From Candidatus Parcubacteria bacterium (GTDB lineage Bacteria; Patescibacteriota; Minisyncoccia; Phycocordibacterales; Zambryskibacteraceae), in the NCBI GenBank assembly GCA_019661895.1, contig JAIFWO010000001.1:1181-65180 (forward strand): a DNA stretch of 64,000 nucleotides, given 5' to 3'. The position numbers and the translations under genes are program-made. The notes below the pieces were generated by a model. It had not been told where the DNA came from. It ran no database searches and saw only the letters and a program-made list of their open reading frames with translations. Of this stretch, positions 59,233-64,000 are shown piece after piece. Each line of letters begins with the position of its first letter. The stretch's first letter is position 1.

Positions 59233-61722
59233 CTATCTCAAACTATCCACTACCCAGCCATCTGCTCCTGAGGAGAAGTCTACCTGCCACCAGGTATAAC
59301 CGTCGGCTTGCGTAGGGCCAGCCGTAATGGTGCCGATAGCCCCCGCATTCTGGCTACCGAGTTTGAGTCCTGAGGTGGAAGGCGTGGAGCGAACGGTCAG
59401 CCTCTCAGTAGTGGAGACACTAGAACCGATGGCTAGAGGAATCGGAGCTTGAGTCTTTACCATAGAGTCTCCTATGGCCCAGCCGTCTGTACCGGTAGTG
59501 AAGTCCACATTGTACCAGGTGTAGCCTGAGCCTTGAGTGGGGCCAGCCGTGATCTGGCCTACCGCACTCGCACTTTGGGAACCGGCAGGTTTGCCTCCGG
59601 TAGCGGGGGTGGAGCGGATGTTGGTCTTTTGAGTAAGTTGGATCCAGTCTCCTACCTGGAGAGTAGTGGTTGGAGGAGGGGTGGTGGGGGTACCAGTAGT
59701 GTTCGAGACCAAGACTGAGACGCTCTGACTCACAGTGCTATTACCTGCCGCATCTCGAGCGACAGCAGTAATAATGTGCGAACCGTCTGAACCTGCTGTT
59801 GTATTCCAAGAAGCAGTGTAAGGGGGAATAGTTTTCTCGGTATCTACATTGACCCCATCAACCTTGAACTGCACACCCACGACGCCTACGTTGTCTGAGG
59901 CGGTAGCGATTAGGGTGGCTGTACCAACGAGGGTAGTGCCCGCTACTGGAGTAGTAACAGAGACTGAAGGAGCCGTGGTATCTCCAGTAGTAGGAGGTGG
60001 AGGAGGGAGGGAGATGGAACCGCTCCAGTCACCGGAGACTGCTCCTCGGGTAGCGTAGAGGACTGCGTCTATGTCTGCTCCTGGGTCAGAGCCGTCTGAA
60101 GCTTTGCCCTTGTATGGAGAGTTGGAGGAGAGGTGGAAGTCTGTGGAGGAGACGAAGCCGATGTCTGCCAGCGTCACCGGATAAGAGTTGTTAGCAGGAT
60201 AAGGGAAGAGCCATGTTGAGTCCTGATCATTCTTTGAGAGAAGGAAGACGTTATGATCAAAGGTCCACGACTTATTAGTGGCGGAATCAAGTCCTTTTAT
60301 TCCACTTCCAACTGCATTGGTAATGCCATAATAACCGTCGCCAATTACGTTGTCTTGGAAGATAAGGTTAGCTGAGGGAATTGCGGAATCGGGAATCATA
60401 AATGACTCCCCGTGTATAAGCATTGTGTTATGCACGGCAGTAATATTGGAAACTCCGGCAATACTAAACTCTCTCCAGCCAGGATTGTCCGCATTGCGTC
60501 CGTAGTCAATATTGTTGGCAATATAGAGTCGACTCATCGGCACAGCAACTCCGTATACACCACTAAGACCAAATGGGGAGGCCACGTTCTTCAAGATATT
60601 ATTTCTTATGACCACGTCCGAGGTCTCACACCAAGTGCAGCCGCCGTTCTGGTTAACAGACCAAAGGGTAAAGCCCCAACCAACCTGAGCGTCATTCCAG
60701 GCATTTTCAAGCACGTTACCTTCCATAAGAAGGCGCTTGCCAATCTTAAACTCGATAACATTCTTCTCCAGACGAGGGACACCGTCATAGATACTGGTAC
60801 CAGAGCGCCAGGTGAGCGGGCGGAAGAAGTGATTGCCTCGTATCTCCATGTCATTAGGGAGCATGCCTTGGATAGCGGGGTCAAAGCCGCCGAAAGCAAT
60901 ATCTTCAGAAGAGGCCTCGAGGAAATTGTTCACGATCTTATACGGGCCAGGGCCATTGCCACCGGCGATGGCCTGAGTATCATAACCCGCTCCCTCACAT
61001 TGTGAGACATAGGAGTCGATTACCGCGCTCCAGGCGCTGTTGAGTCCAATACAGCGGCGATTCTGAAGCGTGTCATATCCGTGCACATATGAGCGGTCGA
61101 CAACGATGTGATGTGGAATGCTTGCTAAAGTGTTTTGCACTGCGCCATCAGACGTACCCATGGCAAGAATCGTATTTACATCGATAAGTTGGGGTGCGGT
61201 GGTGATCTCAAGACCAATGAGTCGATAATAGTTTGCACCTGGCTGCGTAGCCACTGCGTTGGCGTAATTTACCCCTGTTTGCAATTTGGCAAGCTGTCCA
61301 GCATTAGCTGGAGTAACTCTCCTCCCCTCTGGAGGAAGAGTGCCATTGGACTTAATAACAATCCATTGATTGTTAGGGTTAGACTTGTTCCTTAAGATGA
61401 AGTTACCAGTGTAGGTGGCTCCGGCTTGGAGGACAATGGTGTCTCCAGGCTGAGCGGTATCAAGAGCGGCTTGGAGGTTTCCGCCTGAGGCTACGTTAAT
61501 AGTCTGGCCACTCTGAGAGGGCATAGTAGTGTCCACATAGGCTCGAGGGAGCTCGGCTGGACCGGCAAAGCCGGAGTAGCTGAGGTTGACGGAGGCGGTC
61601 TTGGATTGAGGAGAATTGCGGGTGAGCGGCTTAAAGACCGAGATAATAGCGACTAAGAGCACGAGTAAGGCTAAGGAAGCGATGAGTGGTGATTTTTTCA
61701 TGAAAGCGATAATTTGATTCAT
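59233..61722 (-). CDS. Paralogous beta-helix surface protein with Ig-like and two SH3-like domains
   Basis: Shares near-identical blocks with the 50581-52803 gene; ASDNVGVVGVQFKVDG Ig domain. Confidence 0.8.
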   Translation of the reverse strand: MNQIIAFMKKSPLIASLALLVLLVAIISVFKPLTRNSPQSKTASVNLSYSGFAGPAELPRAYVDTTMPSQSGQTINVASGGNLQAALDTAQPGDTIVLQAGATYTGNFILRNKSNPNNQWIVIKSNGTLPPEGRRVTPANAGQLAKLQTGVNYANAVATQPGANYYRLIGLEITTAPQLIDVNTILAMGTSDGAVQNTLASIPHHIVVDRSYVHGYDTLQNRRCIGLNSAWSAVIDSYVSQCEGAGYDTQAIAGGNGPGPYKIVNNFLEASSEDIAFGGFDPAIQGMLPNDMEIRGNHFFRPLTWRSGTSIYDGVPRLEKNVIEFKIGKRLLMEGNVLENAWNDAQVGWGFTLWSVNQNGGCTWCETSDVVIRNNILKNVASPFGLSGVYGVAVPMSRLYIANNIDYGRNADNPGWREFSIAGVSNITAVHNTMLIHGESFMIPDSAIPSANLIFQDNVIGDGYYGITNAVGSGIKGLDSATNKSWTFDHNVFLLSKNDQDSTWLFPYPANNSYPVTLADIGFVSSTDFHLSSNSPYKGKASDGSDPGADIDAVLYATRGAVSGDWSGSISLPPPPPTTGDTTAPSVSVTTPVAGTTLVGTATLIATASDNVGVVGVQFKVDGVNVDTEKTIPPYTASWNTTAGSDGSHIITAVARDAAGNSTVSQSVSVLVSNTTGTPTTPPPTTTLQVGDWIQLTQKTNIRSTPATGGKPAGSQSASAVGQITAGPTQGSGYTWYNVDFTTGTDGWAIGDSMVKTQAPIPLAIGSSVSTTERLTVRSTPSTSGLKLGSQNAGAIGTITAGPTQADGYTWWQVDFSSGADGWVVDSLR

Positions 61723-61762
61723 GGAATTTATTATACCTCAACTATTCTGAGCGCAACATCTT

Positions 61763-62143
61763 TTATATCCCCACTTGAGTGTTTGAGGTTGTCTCTGGGA
61801 TCGACTCTATCTCTATAATCTTGCCGATGCTTGGTCTATAGAGAATAGCTTTGCGAGCTTTGGGATAAATGAGCACCCTATCCCCCACTTGCGCGCCTTT
61901 GAAGAACGCTTCTCCAGCCAGAGCTTCTGGATCAGAGACGATACCGAGGACTGGCTCATCGCCCTCTGGCAACACCACGAATTTGGAGAGCGTATCGATG
62001 GTCTCTTGGAGGAGTGCGCTCTGGTCTGTAGCATTGCCGGCACTTGGAAGATTAGTAACAGTAATAGTAGAACGCGATCTGTAGTAGAAGTAGCCAAAGG
62101 CTACGACAAGAAGTACGGTGGCGATGAGGAATAGGCGCTTCAT
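61763..62143 (-). CDS. Membrane-anchored hypothetical protein
   Basis: N-terminal TM helix; FFKGAQVGDRVLIY...AILYRP. Confidence 0.75.
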   Translation of the reverse strand: MKRLFLIATVLLVVAFGYFYYRSRSTITVTNLPSAGNATDQSALLQETIDTLSKFVVLPEGDEPVLGIVSDPEALAGEAFFKGAQVGDRVLIYPKARKAILYRPSIGKIIEIESIPETTSNTQVGI

Positions 62144-62144
62144 A

Positions 62145-64000
62145 TTACTTGAGTGAGACGTATGGCTTTAGATCTAAGTCTAGAGTCATACTTCGAAGTA
62201 AAGCGAAGAATCGCTCAAGGAATAAGAATCCTGTATCCCCTCCTCCACCGCCGCCACTGCTACCTCCGCCAGTACTACCACCGCTGCCGCTGCCGCCAGT
62301 ACTGCCTCCACCACCGCCGTTAGTGCCGCCGGGCACGATAGGACCCGAGCCATTACCCTCTCCTCCTGCGCCACCACCTCCGCGAACTGGTCTCGTTTGA
62401 TTAGCCTGAATAATGATCTGCGGCGTAGCCGTATGGGTGAAGTTGGTGACCGAACCAGCATTAGTGAGGCGGAAGCAATACGTCGTCCCGGCCGAGACAA
62501 ACGAGGTCGAGCGCAGGGCGTACTCAAGCTCGGTGAACTGGGAGCTCGTGAGGGCGTGCGCGCTGGTCTGATTGGAACCTGCCTTCAAGTATCCAGCGGC
62601 GAAGGTCTTGCCGTTGGGGTTAGTGAGGCCAGCCGAGTCGGTAGTCGAGGCACTGTCGGAGAAGTATTGAGAGAAGTCCATCACCCAATGGGTACTATTG
62701 GTCTCGGTGGCTGGCACGGCCATCCATGCGGTACACGAGCTCGAGGCCTGCTCAAGTTTATAAGTAATTCCAGAAGCGTTCCCTGCTCCAGCGTTCGAGA
62801 TCACGAAGCGCAAGCGCTTGCGGTCACCAACGTATACGTCGCTTGTCAGAGCTGTATCCTCGCTCGCAGCGTAACTTGCTCCGCTCTCAGAACCGTCGTC
62901 ATTGCGCCAACGATAATGGAGTTCGGTTAAGTTGGGCACATCTGCGACCGCGGGCGTGGCCGGAGAGCCGCTTGGGGCTACACCCGGCGTAGACCAGTTG
63001 CCGTTAGTATCTAGAGTAAAGATCTTGTAATAGTAAGCTGTGCCATTACTGAGAGAGGTGTCTATACATGATGCTTGTAAGCCGTAACATGCCGCTCGCG
63101 AGGCGCCCGAGAGAGTCGAGGTCGAGTACGCAGTTCCTTCAACTGGGGTAAAGGTGATGGCAGAAGTAGAAGCGACAACCATGACTTTGCTCAAATCAGA
63201 ACTACCAGGATTGGTCCAGGAGAGCGAGTTCTGAGTATCACCAGAGCTTACTGTCGAGGCTCCAGGAGAATTTTCTGAACCTACAGAGTAGAAGGTGGCG
63301 GGAGAATTTTGGCTGTTGTATTCAGTGGTCAGCCAATCAGCCGAACGCATACCTTGAGACATGTGTACTTCGTCAACCGAACCAACTACGCCCGCCGCCA
63401 AACCATCGGACCAGGTACCGATGCCAAATGCCCCCGCCGAGTCCGAGACAGTCTGAACACCACTTCCGATTGAAGTGCCGAAGTTGCCATTATCAACTGC
63501 CGTGCCATTGCGGTAAATTTTAAAGTCTCCACTGGCAGCGGTGGATCCTGAACCATTCCAGGTGACTGAGTAGTGGTCCCACTGGCCGGTGGTACCGACA
63601 CTTGAAGCAATACGACCACCGTAGAGAGTGTTGGTAAGATCAGAAACCCAGAAATAGAAGTCGTTAGTGTTGAAAAATCCCATGACATATTCGTAGCCAA
63701 GGCTGTTGTATTTCTGAAGGACGGTACCATCGGTCGTATTGGTGCGGTTGACCCAGGCTGAAAGGGTTATCCCCGAACTTGGAGTAAGAGTGGCTCGGTC
63801 AGCTATCGTAATACCGCGGCCGCTAGCCGTGGAAACTTGCCCGCCAGCAAACGACCCCGCTCCAGCGATTTTACCTGTCGTTGCAGTAGGAGGGCTGGCG
63901 TCAAGCGAGCCGTTGCCCAGACCGGTCGAGTCATTGCCGTTGAGCGTTGTGCCATCGGCCAAGTGAGAGACGTACTTGAAGCTGCTATCCCAGACTCCAG
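62145..64000 (-). CDS. Large secreted protein with LamG/concanavalin-like domain (5'-truncated by window edge)
   Basis: TLSAWVN, WDHYSVTW, IYRNG, GSVDEV...RSADW..TEY; Gly-rich C-terminal linker. Confidence 0.75.
   Translation of the reverse strand, partial: GVWDSSFKYVSHLADGTTLNGNDSTGLGNGSLDASPPTATTGKIAGAGSFAGGQVSTASGRGITIADRATLTPSSGITLSAWVNRTNTTDGTVLQKYNSLGYEYVMGFFNTNDFYFWVSDLTNTLYGGRIASSVGTTGQWDHYSVTWNGSGSTAASGDFKIYRNGTAVDNGNFGTSIGSGVQTVSDSAGAFGIGTWSDGLAAGVVGSVDEVHMSQGMRSADWLTTEYNSQNSPATFYSVGSENSPGASTVSSGDTQNSLSWTNPGSSDLSKVMVVASTSAITFTPVEGTAYSTSTLSGASRAACYGLQASCIDTSLSNGTAYYYKIFTLDTNGNWSTPGVAPSGSPATPAVADVPNLTELHYRWRNDDGSESGASYAASEDTALTSDVYVGDRKRLRFVISNAGAGNASGITYKLEQASSSCTAWMAVPATETNSTHWVMDFSQYFSDSASTTDSAGLTNPNGKTFAAGYLKAGSNQTSAHALTSSQFTELEYALRSTSFVSAGTTYCFRLTNAGSVTNFTHTATPQIIIQANQTRPVRGGGGAGGEGNGSGPIVPGGTNGGGGGSTGGSGSGGSTGGGSSGGGGGGDTGFLFLERFFALLRSMTLDLDLKPYVSLK

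Noticed and set aside
62240-62380. GGN-rich repeat tract
   Set aside because: It simply encodes an in-frame Gly/Ser linker.

Overview
This is a 64-kb chromosomal window from a Patescibacteria/CPR bacterium, most likely Parcubacteria. The basis is the standard genetic code, a short IF-2, a six-gene VirB2/TrbC-like pilin array and compact housekeeping genes. Core genes: dprA (5'-truncated), topA, parB, miaA, rpmG, clpB (split by an internal deletion/frameshift), an IscS-like desulfurase, infB, rbfA, gyrA, rpsA-like, pth, lepB, a degenerate HisRS paralog, rpsU, ybeY, ftsA, ftsZ, trxB, tsaD, valS, prsW, hsp20, a glutaredoxin, ftsB-like, lepA and murJ, plus 13 tRNAs and RNase P RNA. Self-contained accessory genes and large secreted surface proteins are interspersed. 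The most notable unexplained structures are: (1) a covarying structured element downstream of four different tRNA genes that carries antisense and direct copies of the host tRNA 3' half; (2) two ~80-bp elements with 11-bp inverted ends flanked by duplicated ATGAAT at gene junctions; (3) a ~350-nt promoter-to-terminator structured RNA candidate upstream of rpsA; (4) a dGTPase-like HD + CYTH operon inserted between ftsA and ftsZ; (5) a repeated 14-bp palindrome that may be a non-canonical parS; (6) a poly-G frameshifted surface protein; (7) paralogous beta-helix proteins, one preceded by a lepA 3' remnant. No CRISPR array, integrase, transposase or rRNA was seen. All assignments come from manual motif reading without database searches.
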